Part shown: positions 14,628 through 23,100 of the stretch, piece by piece
Layout of the letters: each line of letters opens with the position of its first letter
Position numbering within the stretch: position 1 is the first letter of the stretch
From: Clostridia bacterium
GTDB lineage: Bacteria > Bacillota > Clostridia > Christensenellales > UBA1242
Length of the DNA: 31,680 bases
Assembly (NCBI GenBank): GCA_045538175.1
Contig: JAZSQZ010000152.1
Span: forward strand, 1-31,680
Direction of reading: 5' to 3'
The notes under the pieces: model-generated
What the model was told of the DNA's origin: nothing
Database searches by the model: none
What the model saw: the letters and a program-made list of their open reading frames with translations, nothing else
Translations under genes and position numbers: made by a program

Positions 14628-15407
14628 ATGGAAACCGAAATTACTAAGTCAAAGTTTTTGATTGTTGACGACAACGAATCCCAAAGAAAAAACCTTGTTG
14701 ATTTTTTACAAGCCGAAAATATACCAAACATTACCGATTGTGGTGATGGAGCAGAAGCCTTAGCTTTTTGCGAAAACGAAAAACCAGATTTTATTATTTG
14801 TGATTTGGTTTTACCAACCCTTGACGGTTTTGAACTTTTAGAAAAAATTTCAAACAGTACGATTATAGAAAACAAACCAAAGATTATTATAACATCTTCT
14901 CTTAAAAACGAATTGTTTGCACAAAAGGCTGTCGAACTTGGAGCGTCTTATTATATGGTAAAGCCTGTGTCAAACGAAGTGCTTTTAAAAAGGATTAAAG
15001 ATATTGTAAGTGTACCTAGTGTTGTTGAGCCTGAACCTGTTGTAAGAAACTCTAAAAACAGACTGCTTGACGAAAAGATTAGCAACATATTTATAACAGT
15101 TGGTATTCCGGCACACATCAAAGGTTATCAATTTTTAAGAGAAGCCATTAAGATGGCAATTGATAATCCTGAGATTATAAACTCTATCACAAAACAACTT
15201 TATCCTTCAATTGCTGTGCATTTTGAAACAAGTGCAAGCAAGGTCGAAAGAGCAATTAGACACGCAATAGAAGTTGCGTGGAATAGGGGAAAGATAGAAA
15301 ACATAAACAACTTATTCGGTATTAAAGTATATAATAGTAATGAAAAACCTACCAACGGAGAGTTCATTGCACTTGTTGCCGATAAGATGCTTATAGAAGG
15401 CGCATAA
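14628..15407 (+). CDS. spo0A: Sporulation master response regulator Spo0A
   Basis: The receiver domain reads FLIVDDN...FIICDLVLPTLDG. The Spo0A-specific C-terminal DNA-binding domain reads ITVGIPAHIKGYQFLREAI...SASKVERAIRHAIEVAWNRG...KPTNGEFIALVADK. The RBS is GGAGG. The ORF-track start at 14526 is an upstream extension. Confidence 0.9.
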   Translation: METEITKSKFLIVDDNESQRKNLVDFLQAENIPNITDCGDGAEALAFCENEKPDFIICDLVLPTLDGFELLEKISNSTIIENKPKIIITSSLKNELFAQKAVELGASYYMVKPVSNEVLLKRIKDIVSVPSVVEPEPVVRNSKNRLLDEKISNIFITVGIPAHIKGYQFLREAIKMAIDNPEIINSITKQLYPSIAVHFETSASKVERAIRHAIEVAWNRGKIENINNLFGIKVYNSNEKPTNGEFIALVADKMLIEGA

Positions 15408-15504
15408 AAAATATAAAAATATATATAAATATATATAAAAAATAGTGGACTTTTTTGTAGTTTGTAACTATAATATAGGGGATTTTAACAAAGGAGACCA
15501 CCTT

Positions 15505-16050
15505 ATGAAAGAACAAAAAAATCAAACTTATATCAGATGCCCAAGATGCGAACTTAACTATATCTTAAAAAAGGATAAATTTTGTAATGTTTGCAAACTT
15601 GAAATGAGAGCACAAGGCACACTCGGTGTTGACGAAAACTTGGACCTTGAACTTTGTCCTGTTTGTAAAGTTAACTATATCAACTTTGATGAAGATATGT
15701 GCGCTGCTTGTGCAAAAGAAAAAGCTCTTGAAGATGGCTTAGTTGATGAAGATGACGACAACGAAGGTGTATGGAGCAAACAATATCACTCTCACGATGA
15801 TGACGACGATTATATCGTAGGTGATGATGAAGAAACAGGTGATATGGTTTCTATCACAGACTTAGACGATGCTCCACTTGATACAGATGACGATTTAGGT
15901 TTGGATTTGGACGATGACTTAGATGATGATAAGTTAGACGACGAAGACGAAACTTTTGATAGTGATTTTGATGATACTTTTGACGATGGTTTTGACGACG
16001 ACTTTGATGATGACGAAGACGAAAAACCAGCAAAAAAGAAAAAGAAATAA
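15505..16050 (+). CDS. Hypothetical protein with two N-terminal zinc-ribbon-like CxxC...CxxC units and an ~110-aa polyacidic (Asp/Glu) tail ending in KKKKK
   Basis: The units read CPRCELNYILKKDKFCNVCK and CPVCKVNYINFDEDMCAACAK. The tail includes DDDDDYIVGDDEETGD...DDDLGLDLDDDLDDDKLDDEDETFDSDFDDTFDDGFDDDFDDDEDE. The RBS AGGAGA lies 7 nt upstream of the ATG. Confidence 0.75.
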   Translation: MKEQKNQTYIRCPRCELNYILKKDKFCNVCKLEMRAQGTLGVDENLDLELCPVCKVNYINFDEDMCAACAKEKALEDGLVDEDDDNEGVWSKQYHSHDDDDDYIVGDDEETGDMVSITDLDDAPLDTDDDLGLDLDDDLDDDKLDDEDETFDSDFDDTFDDGFDDDFDDDEDEKPAKKKKK

Positions 16051-16054
16051 TAAA

Positions 16055-16075
16055 ACACCCTTATGGGTGTTTTTA
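16055..16075. terminator. Bidirectional intrinsic terminator shared by convergent genes
   Basis: Stem ACACCC pairs with GGGTGT across the loop TTAT, flanked by A-rich sequence on the 5' side and T-rich sequence on the 3' side. Confidence 0.6.
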
Positions 16076-16381
16076 TTTTTTCTTGTAAGTTATGCATTTT
16101 GCAATATCTTTTATTTCGTTTATTGTAATTCCGTTTGCAATACATTTTCCACTTCGGTTAAAAAGACATTTTGTTTCGCATTTCATATTTATATCTTTTA
16201 AGTGTCTATAATCTTTTATGTCTGGTGGGGTATCGCTAAATATTTGTTTGCTTATATCAATCTTTTCTTTTCCTTTTTCAAAACAATCGCAGGTGTTGTT
16301 TTTATTTATGTTTAGTTTGTCTACAAGACAGGTCAACCCTTCGTTAAACTTACAATCTGTTTTTCTGCATCTAATATCCAT
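16073..16381 (-). CDS. Small cysteine-rich protein with two repeats of a C..C..N....C.A..I pattern (DUF1540-like, a family linked to spore formers)
   Basis: The two repeats read IRCRKTDCKFNEGLTCLVDKLNI and MKCETKCLFNRSGKCIANGITI. The RBS AAAGGA lies 7 nt upstream of the ATG. Confidence 0.65.
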   Translation of the reverse strand: MDIRCRKTDCKFNEGLTCLVDKLNINKNNTCDCFEKGKEKIDISKQIFSDTPPDIKDYRHLKDINMKCETKCLFNRSGKCIANGITINEIKDIAKCITYKKK

Positions 16382-16441
16382 AAAATATTCCTTTTATAAA
16401 AATATTAACTTTTTAATATTTTTTATACTTTAAATTTGGGT

Positions 16442-16470
16442 TTGACATACTTGTTAAATTTTTATATACT
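16442..16470 (+). promoter_or_regulatory. Sigma-A promoter for rplI (TTGACA, 17 nt spacer, TATACT)
   Basis: -35 at 16442-16447 and -10 at 16465-16470. Confidence 0.65.
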
Positions 16471-16488
16471 AAAAATAGGAGATAAATT

Positions 16489-16932
16489 ATGAAAGTACTT
16501 TTATTACAAGATGTTAAAGGAACAGGAAAGAAAGGCGAAATCGTAAACGTAAACGACGGTTATGCTAAGAACTTCCTTATAAAAAAAGGCGTTGCAAAAG
16601 TTGCAGATGCAACAGCAATCAACGACTTAAATGGTAAAAACGAAGCAAAAGCAAGACAAATCGAACTTGCAAAACAAGCAGCAAACGCAACTGCAGCAAA
16701 ACTTAATGGCGCAAACATTACAGTTTCAGCAAAGGTTGGGGCAGACGGCAAAATGTTTGGTGCAGTTACAAGTAAGGAAATTGCTGAAGAACTTGTTAGA
16801 CTTGGCTATGATGTTGATAAAAAACAAATCTTACTTGATAGCAGTATTAAGATGACAGGAAGTTATCAAGTTGAAGTTAAACTTTATTCTGGAATCTTTG
16901 CAAAATTCAACCTTACAGTTGTAGGAAAATAA
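16489..16932 (+). CDS. rplI: 50S ribosomal protein L9
   Basis: [34 protein letters not shown] is the L9 N-domain. The RBS is TAGGAGA. Confidence 0.95.
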   Translation: MKVLLLQDVKGTGKKGEIVNVNDGYAKNFLIKKGVAKVADATAINDLNGKNEAKARQIELAKQAANATAAKLNGANITVSAKVGADGKMFGAVTSKEIAEELVRLGYDVDKKQILLDSSIKMTGSYQVEVKLYSGIFAKFNLTVVGK

Positions 16933-16941
16933 AAATAAAAA

Positions 16942-16968
16942 AAGACACGAATTATCGTGTCTTTTTTT
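16942..16968. terminator. Bidirectional intrinsic terminator between rplI and the minus-strand peptidase operon
   Basis: Stem AAGACACGA pairs with TCGTGTCTT across the loop ATTA, with an A-run on the 5' side and T7 on the 3' side. The stop codon of the minus-strand gene lies in the T-run. Confidence 0.8.
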
Positions 16969-17689
16969 AATCGTTATTTCTATGTCTTGCGACAAAAAGT
17001 AAAAATCTTAATAAGTTTAAAATTGCCATTACAAGTGCTGCAACATAGGTTAGTGCTGCTGCTTTTAAAACTTTTTTTGTACCGACAAGTTCTTCTTCGT
17101 CTAGTGTGCCTGTGCCCCTGAGTAATTGTACGGCTCTTTTTGAAGCATTAAATTCAACAGGTAAGGTAAACAGTGAGAACAATACGGATAATCCAAAGAA
17201 ACCGATTCCAGCCCAAACAAAAATGTTGCCGATAAATGTATCAGTTGCAGCAAAGTTTAAGCAGATACCGATAATTACAAGTGGCCATAGAAGTTGTGAA
17301 CCAACATTACAAACAGGAACAAGTGCTGTCCTTATTCTGTAAGGGACATAGCGTTTTTGTTTTTGTAGGGCGTGTCCAAACTCGTGGCAGGCAATTCCAA
17401 GGGAAGCAATAGAACTTGAATCATAGTTGTCTTCTGACAAACAAATGACTTCTTTTTTAGGGTCATAGTGATCGGTTAGGTTACCACTGACTCTTTTTAC
17501 TTTAATGTGTGATAGTCCTGAGCCGTCTAAGAGTTGACGAAGCAAGTCGCAAGCAGTAATTCCTGTTTTTGCATAAACCCTTGCGTAGTTGCTGTATTCG
17601 ATTGAAACTTTTGCTTGGGCATATATTGCAAAAATCATACCTGGTAGCAATATTATACCCATAAGATAATATTCCCAATAAGCAAACAT
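16967..17689 (-). CDS. Membrane-anchored putative neutral zinc metallopeptidase (YugP-like, HExxH), paralog 1
   Basis: An N-terminal TM segment is followed by HEFGHALQ and two C-terminal TM segments. RBS GGAGA lies 7 nt upstream, inside the 3' end of the preceding paralog. Confidence 0.8.
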   Translation of the reverse strand: MFAYWEYYLMGIILLPGMIFAIYAQAKVSIEYSNYARVYAKTGITACDLLRQLLDGSGLSHIKVKRVSGNLTDHYDPKKEVICLSEDNYDSSSIASLGIACHEFGHALQKQKRYVPYRIRTALVPVCNVGSQLLWPLVIIGICLNFAATDTFIGNIFVWAGIGFFGLSVLFSLFTLPVEFNASKRAVQLLRGTGTLDEEELVGTKKVLKAAALTYVAALVMAILNLLRFLLFVARHRNND

Positions 17690-17690
17690 A

Positions 17691-18410
17691 TTATTTTCTC
17701 CTTCTTAGCTTTCTAATTAGATTTATTCCCATCATCGTTGCTATGAAATCTGCAACATAGGTTGCTGCGGCAGTATTTAGAACTTTTTTTGCCATTTTTA
17801 ATTCGTCTTGATTTAAGATTCTTTGTTCTTCTAAAATTCTCATTGCTTTGTTTGATGCGTTATATTCAACAGGTATTGTAAGAATTTTATACAAAAAGCC
17901 ACAACCCAAAACACCTAAGGCTGAATATATAACAGTCCAACCGATTTCGATATATTCTTCTGTTGCAAAAATCATTATAAATCCTACAATTAAGGCAAGT
18001 ATAACAAATCTTGCAAAAAAGTTAAATATCTTTCCGGTGCTATGATATAGACCAAACATCAATGGATTTCTTGAATGTTGGAGTGAATGTCCAAATTCGT
18101 GTGCGACAACTGCTATTGCTGAAACTGACGTGTTTTGATAAGTGCTGTTTGATAAGGCAATCATTTTCTTTTTAGGAACATAACAATCTGTAAGTTCGCC
18201 GTCAATTCTTGCGATTTCTAGTTTTTTTACATTTTCAAGTTCTTTCATAATAACAATAAATTGTTCAGGCGTTACGCCCATATGATTTCGAACTTGATCG
18301 TACTTATCAAAAGTATCTTTAAAGAAACTTCCTGCACCTGTTATAAATGCAAGAAGAAGTGCAAGAGCAACAATCACACCTATTACAATGTAAATGATGT
18401 ATTCTTCCAT
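17691..18410 (-). CDS. Membrane-anchored putative neutral zinc metallopeptidase (YugP-like, HExxH), paralog 2
   Basis: It has the same architecture, with HEFGHSLQ. It ends 1 nt before paralog 1. No clear SD precedes its ATG. Confidence 0.8.
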   Translation of the reverse strand: MEEYIIYIVIGVIVALALLLAFITGAGSFFKDTFDKYDQVRNHMGVTPEQFIVIMKELENVKKLEIARIDGELTDCYVPKKKMIALSNSTYQNTSVSAIAVVAHEFGHSLQHSRNPLMFGLYHSTGKIFNFFARFVILALIVGFIMIFATEEYIEIGWTVIYSALGVLGCGFLYKILTIPVEYNASNKAMRILEEQRILNQDELKMAKKVLNTAAATYVADFIATMMGINLIRKLRRRK

Positions 18411-18445
18411 ATAATTATTATAACTACTTTTTTTAGTTTAGACAA

Positions 18446-19438
18446 CTATTCATTTAATATTATATTTTCAATTTTGTTTTCTTTAATTTCTATATCAAAT
18501 TCTTTTGCTGTAAAAACATTGTTATCTTTGTATATAAGGCAAACTTTGTTTTCATCTAAATCACAAAATGGAGAAGGAGTAATTTTTATAAAGTCGTTGA
18601 AGTATGTTTCTATGTGATTGTCTGTAAGGGCGCTTGATAGTTTGTGGGAAAGATAATTTCTTGCAAGTTTAAAATTCTTTACTTTTACTGCTTCAAAAAA
18701 GGCATAGGGGATAAGTGTTGTGTTTGTTATTATGTTTGGTTTTTTATCGTTATAAGTTAGGGTAATATTTCTAGTTGTTGTTTTTTTTGTTATGTCGTAT
18801 TCGATAAGCTTTCCGTGTCCTGCCATATCAAAAAGTGGTGAGTGAATTGTAATCTTATCTTTTCCATATTCTATATGATTTATGTCTAAGTTATCTATTA
18901 TTTTATAATTATCATCATATTTTAAGGTCAAAATTTCGCTTCTCTCGCCAATAAACTCAACAAAGATTAAATCTCTTGTTGAACTTATTTTATAATCTAG
19001 GCAATCAAAATCAAGTGTTTTATAATAGATATTATTATCTGTGTTTATAGAAAAAACACAGGGTTTTCCAATAGACAAAAGTGCTTCGTGTTTTTTGTTA
19101 TTTAGAGTTATTGTTTCTTTTTTTGTTTTTAGTGTTGGTGTTTTAAAAATCAAAAATGGTTTTAAGTTTATGTGTAAAAAATTGTTTTTATAAATTGTTA
19201 TTGATGTTTTTTCTGGGTCGTTTTTATAAAGATCTTTTAGGTTTATGTTTGCTGTTGCTGGTATTATTTTTTGTGTTAGAAATGTCGAATTTAGTGGGTA
19301 GTAAGAAACACAAAAACTTTCTTCATTTTCTACTTTTAAAAACAAATTGTCACACTTGTTGTTTAATACCTTTTCGATGTTGTTAATTTTTATAACACAA
19401 GGAAAGGGTGAAGATATTTTTACTATAAAATTATTCAT
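18446..19438 (-). CDS. Hypothetical soluble 330-aa protein, first gene of the minus-strand operon with the two peptidases
   Basis: RBS AGGAGT lies 5 nt upstream of the ATG, and a 35-nt gap separates it from the next gene. It is rich in Asn, Lys and Ile with no recognisable motif. Confidence 0.7.
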   Translation of the reverse strand: MNNFIVKISSPFPCVIKINNIEKVLNNKCDNLFLKVENEESFCVSYYPLNSTFLTQKIIPATANINLKDLYKNDPEKTSITIYKNNFLHINLKPFLIFKTPTLKTKKETITLNNKKHEALLSIGKPCVFSINTDNNIYYKTLDFDCLDYKISSTRDLIFVEFIGERSEILTLKYDDNYKIIDNLDINHIEYGKDKITIHSPLFDMAGHGKLIEYDITKKTTTRNITLTYNDKKPNIITNTTLIPYAFFEAVKVKNFKLARNYLSHKLSSALTDNHIETYFNDFIKITPSPFCDLDENKVCLIYKDNNVFTAKEFDIEIKENKIENIILNE

Positions 19439-19510
19439 ACATACTCCTATTTATATTTATGAATAATTATTTTTTTGTATGTGTTTTGTTTTGCTGTAAA
19501 TAATTGTTTT

Positions 19511-19783
19511 ATGGACGAAACAAAAAAAATTATTAAATTTAAAAAATGTGAAATCAGCGAAAGCGAAATCAACGCTTTGTTTTTAGGACTTATAAAACTT
19601 ATAAAAAGAAAAGCTGAAGATGGTATAAGCTTAAGTCTAAAAAGAGAGTGTGCATTTGCAACAGAAAGGAATTTATACTTAGAAGAAAAACTAAGGGAAA
19701 GAGAAAAAGAGATTTCTGTGTTAAAGGAAATAAACAAAGAGTTAAACAGAAACATACAAAAACTAAAAAAACATAAAAAATAA
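19511..19783 (+). CDS. Possible small coiled-coil protein (90 aa) ending in KKHKK
   Basis: The heptad-like tract reads EEKLREREKEISVLKEINKELNRNIQKLKK. There is no SD. A weak hairpin with T-run follows. The opposite-strand ORFs at 19447..19845 and 19599..19790 are low-complexity and less likely. Confidence 0.4.
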   Translation: MDETKKIIKFKKCEISESEINALFLGLIKLIKRKAEDGISLSLKRECAFATERNLYLEEKLREREKEISVLKEINKELNRNIQKLKKHKK

Positions 19784-19799
19784 TATACACTTAAAAAAC

Positions 19800-19828
19800 T
19801 TTGAAGTTTTTTTAATTTTTGGTAGAAT
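19800..19828 (+). promoter_or_regulatory. Putative promoter for addBA (TTGAAG, 17 nt spacer, TGgTAGAAT)
   Basis: An extended -10 lies at 19820-19828. It overlaps a weak A/T hairpin at 19793-19813. Confidence 0.45.
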
Positions 19829-19845
19829 ACAAATGAAGGAAACAT

Positions 19846-22800
19846 ATGGTTAACTTAATTTACGGAAACAATTGTTATGATTGCGATAGGGCAATTTTAG
19901 AAAGGTTAAAAGAAAACAGGTTAGACGAAGGCGCTAACCATATTTTGCTTGTGCCTGATAAGTTTTCTGTTAGTATGGAAAAAATGGTTTTTAATCATTT
20001 GGATATTGAGAGTTTTTGTGATATTGAAGTATATACACTAACTCGTCTTGCAAACGAAACAATAAAAAAACAAAATGTTTTAGACAAGACAAGTGCAGTT
20101 ATGCTTATACAAAAAATTATTCTTAACAACTTTGATAAGTTTGCTTGTTTTTCAAAAGCAGTTAAGGACACAAAATTTGCAACAACAATTTACGAAACAA
20201 TCAATCAACTTAAAAGTTGCAAGATAAGTTTTGAAGACTTAAAAAATGATGGCAGTGATATTCTTTCTTTAAAATTAAAAGACATAGCAACAATATATGA
20301 AGAATACGAAAAGTGTTTAACAAATGGTACAATTGATGCAAACGATAGGCTCGACTTGTTGCTTGAAGAAATCAAAAACAGTGACCATATTAAAAACTCA
20401 CATATTTATATTACACACTTTGACAACCTTACAAAGCAAGGATATCTTGTTATTGAAGAAATGTTTAAGTATTGCAAGAGTGTAACTGTTTCTTGTGTGC
20501 AATCTGAAAACTTAATAAATGGTCATATTTATTTAAACGACGTAAAAGAAAATGTTTTACGCATTTGTAGAAAACTTAATATCGAGCCACAAATTATTCA
20601 AAGTCAAAACGAATTAAAAGGTGTTTTTAAGTTTATAGGAGACAATCTGTTTTCATATAAGACTCGCTCAATAAATGCACCAAGCGATGTGATTTCTGTT
20701 TGGGAAGGAGAAGACTTTGCTGATGAAGTAAAGATGTGTGCGATAAATATTCGAAAAGAAATCATATCAAAAAATTTAAGATATAAAGATTTTGCAGTTG
20801 CTGTAAATGGATTAGAAGAGAGCAAAGCAATCATTGAAAAGATTTTTAATGAATATGGCATCTCATACTTTATTGACACAAGTTACGAGTTTTCAAAAAC
20901 CATACTTGTTAAATTTATAAACGACTGTTTTAATTTGTATCTAAATGGTTTTACAACAAGAAAAGTTTTATCTATTATCAAAAACCCAATCTTAAACTAT
21001 GATAATGATTTGGTGTTTGATTTTGAAGATTATGTCCTTAAATACAAGGTTTTAAATTTATCATATCTAAAAACTATAAACTTTTCTTCAAAAAACACAA
21101 ATTACGAAAACTTTAATGTTATAAGAGAAGACTTTATTAAAAAGATAGAGCCATTTTTTGATGCACTTAAAAACTCAAAAACTGTAAAAGATTACATAGG
21201 CTCGATTGATATTTTATTAAACAATTTTGGTGTTTTTGAAAGTATCAATTTACTTCAAGAAAAGTTGATAAAAGAAGGTGACTTAAAAACTGCAAGAATT
21301 TTATCACAACTTGAAGGGAAGTTTAAAAAAGTTATCTCAAGCATAGAAGGAATTTTGAGTGACACCGAGTTTGATGAAAACGAATTCTTTGATGTTTTAA
21401 GTTCGGGTGTAGACGCTGTTAAAATTTCTTTAACTCCACTTCAACTAGATGGTGTTTTTGTAGGCGATAGCTTGGCAAGTTTTTATAATCCTGTAAAAGT
21501 TTTGTTTGTTTTGGGTTGTTGTGAAGGTTCATTTCCAAAACAAAATCAAGATGTCGGTGTTATATCAGATAAAGAAATTAAAGTATTAGAAAATTCTTAC
21601 AAAATCGAACCTACCATCGCAACAATAAACTTGCGTCAAAGGTTTACTATATTTTCGCTTTTACTTCTTCCAAAAGAGAGATTGTATTTAAGTTATAGTT
21701 TAAAAACACTTTCAGGCGCAATTGCAACAAAGAGTAATGTTGTAAATCAACTTCAAAAAATGTTTTTGGTTAAAGACCGAAACGGAAAATCGCAAGACCT
21801 TCCAACATATAAGATAGACAGAAACTTAAACACTTTTGTTGAAAACTTGTCAACAAAACAAAACGCAAAACAGTATCTTATAAATGGTTTAAGATATATT
21901 TATGATGGAAGCAAATTCTGTAATCTTGATGAATATATCGAGCTCTTTAATTACTTTAAGCAAAACGGCGAAGAAGTTGCTGTATCAAATTTTAAGTATG
22001 ATAATAGTAAGCGTAGCATAAAAACAAATCTATTTTTTAGAAAATCTACTTTTGGTGTTTCTGAAGTGGAAAGTTTTATGCTTTGTCCTTTTATTCATTA
22101 TATGAATTATGGCCTTAGAGTAAAAGAAAAAGACCTTGGCGAATTAGATCAAATGAATGTTGGTAACATTATGCACGCTGTCGCAGAAATGTTTAATAAG
22201 CAAAACAACTTACCGATAGAAGATGGTATGGTTGAAGATGTGGTCTTAAAAATATTTGATAAAGCTTTAAGCGAAGAAGCATATGAAGGAATTGTAAACA
22301 ACATTTCAAACAAAATTCAAATTGATAATTTGCAAAAGGAAGCCATTAGGTTTTGTAGGGCTATAAACGAGCAATCAAAACACACTGAATTTAAAACAAT
22401 TCTTTGCGAAGCGTTTTTTGATGACAAAAATAAAATTAAGGGTATAGGGATAACAATAGGCAACAAGACAATAAGGCTTGTCGGTGCTGTTGATAGAATT
22501 GATACTTTTAAAGATTACTTTAGAATAATTGACTATAAAACAGGTAAGTGTGATATTTCATTTGCTGAACTTTATTATGGTAAGAAAATTCAGTTGTATG
22601 TATATCAAAATGTTGTTGAAAATAGTTTAAAGTTAAAGCCTGCAGGGGCATACTATTTCCCTGTAAAGAATTCTTTTAACGATGAAGAAAACACAACAAA
22701 CTATAAACTTAAAGGTTACACTGTTTTTGACGAAGAAGTTATTTATGCTACAGATGATAATTTGATAGCAGGGCAATCAAGTGACATTATTTATGTTAAG

Positions 22801-23100
22801 AAAAACAAACCAAACAAAGATGGCTCTGTAAACTTTAATTATTATTCAAAACTATTAAAACAAAGCGACCTAAAAAACTTGGGTGAATATGCTGTAGATA
22901 TTTTATCAAAGGCTTGTAAAGATATTTTGGGTGGCGAAATTTCACCAAGCCCATTAAGTTTAGATGGAAACATTTTCTGTGATAAATGCAAATATAGGTC
23001 AATTTGTCGTTATGACGATTCTCTTAAAAACAGACCAAGGGTTAATAACTACAAAATTGATATAAACACTTTTAAAAGGGGGCAAGATGGAGAAGAATAA
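19846..23100 (+). CDS. addB: ATP-dependent helicase/nuclease subunit B (AddB/RexB), which carries the nuclease and Fe-S cluster and has a degenerate N-terminal helicase-like domain
   Basis: The RecB-family nuclease motif RIIDYKTGK is present. The cysteine quartet (...SFMLCPF...CDKCKYRSIC) matches the AddB Fe-S cluster. It lies immediately upstream of addA and overlaps it. No GxGKT P-loop occurs at the N-terminus. Confidence 0.88.
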   Translation: MVNLIYGNNCYDCDRAILERLKENRLDEGANHILLVPDKFSVSMEKMVFNHLDIESFCDIEVYTLTRLANETIKKQNVLDKTSAVMLIQKIILNNFDKFACFSKAVKDTKFATTIYETINQLKSCKISFEDLKNDGSDILSLKLKDIATIYEEYEKCLTNGTIDANDRLDLLLEEIKNSDHIKNSHIYITHFDNLTKQGYLVIEEMFKYCKSVTVSCVQSENLINGHIYLNDVKENVLRICRKLNIEPQIIQSQNELKGVFKFIGDNLFSYKTRSINAPSDVISVWEGEDFADEVKMCAINIRKEIISKNLRYKDFAVAVNGLEESKAIIEKIFNEYGISYFIDTSYEFSKTILVKFINDCFNLYLNGFTTRKVLSIIKNPILNYDNDLVFDFEDYVLKYKVLNLSYLKTINFSSKNTNYENFNVIREDFIKKIEPFFDALKNSKTVKDYIGSIDILLNNFGVFESINLLQEKLIKEGDLKTARILSQLEGKFKKVISSIEGILSDTEFDENEFFDVLSSGVDAVKISLTPLQLDGVFVGDSLASFYNPVKVLFVLGCCEGSFPKQNQDVGVISDKEIKVLENSYKIEPTIATINLRQRFTIFSLLLLPKERLYLSYSLKTLSGAIATKSNVVNQLQKMFLVKDRNGKSQDLPTYKIDRNLNTFVENLSTKQNAKQYLINGLRYIYDGSKFCNLDEYIELFNYFKQNGEEVAVSNFKYDNSKRSIKTNLFFRKSTFGVSEVESFMLCPFIHYMNYGLRVKEKDLGELDQMNVGNIMHAVAEMFNKQNNLPIEDGMVEDVVLKIFDKALSEEAYEGIVNNISNKIQIDNLQKEAIRFCRAINEQSKHTEFKTILCEAFFDDKNKIKGIGITIGNKTIRLVGAVDRIDTFKDYFRIIDYKTGKCDISFAELYYGKKIQLYVYQNVVENSLKLKPAGAYYFPVKNSFNDEENTTNYKLKGYTVFDEEVIYATDDNLIAGQSSDIIYVKKNKPNKDGSVNFNYYSKLLKQSDLKNLGEYAVDILSKACKDILGGEISPSPLSLDGNIFCDKCKYRSICRYDDSLKNRPRVNNYKIDINTFKRGQDGEE

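Noticed and set aside
15408-15450. (TATA/AAATATA)n tract considered as a CRISPR-like or repeat array
   Set aside because: It is an irregular AT-rich simple sequence with no spacer structure, more consistent with an AT-rich promoter or UP-element region.
15810-16201. Minus-strand poly-Ser ORF (15810-16145) and plus-strand ORF 15956-16201
   Set aside because: They are mirror and shifted frames of the poly-Asp/Glu tail, with no start signals.
17106-18617. Plus-strand ORFs (17106-17342, 17848-18045, 18261-18617) opposite the peptidase operon
   Set aside because: They are antisense to genes with HEFGH motifs and have no SD.
19156-19386. Plus-strand 76-aa ORF inside the 330-aa minus-strand gene
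   Set aside because: It is a low-complexity Leu/Phe product with no ribosome-binding site.
20604-20879. Minus-strand 91-aa ORF inside addB
   Set aside because: It is antisense to a gene with RecB nuclease and Fe-S motifs.
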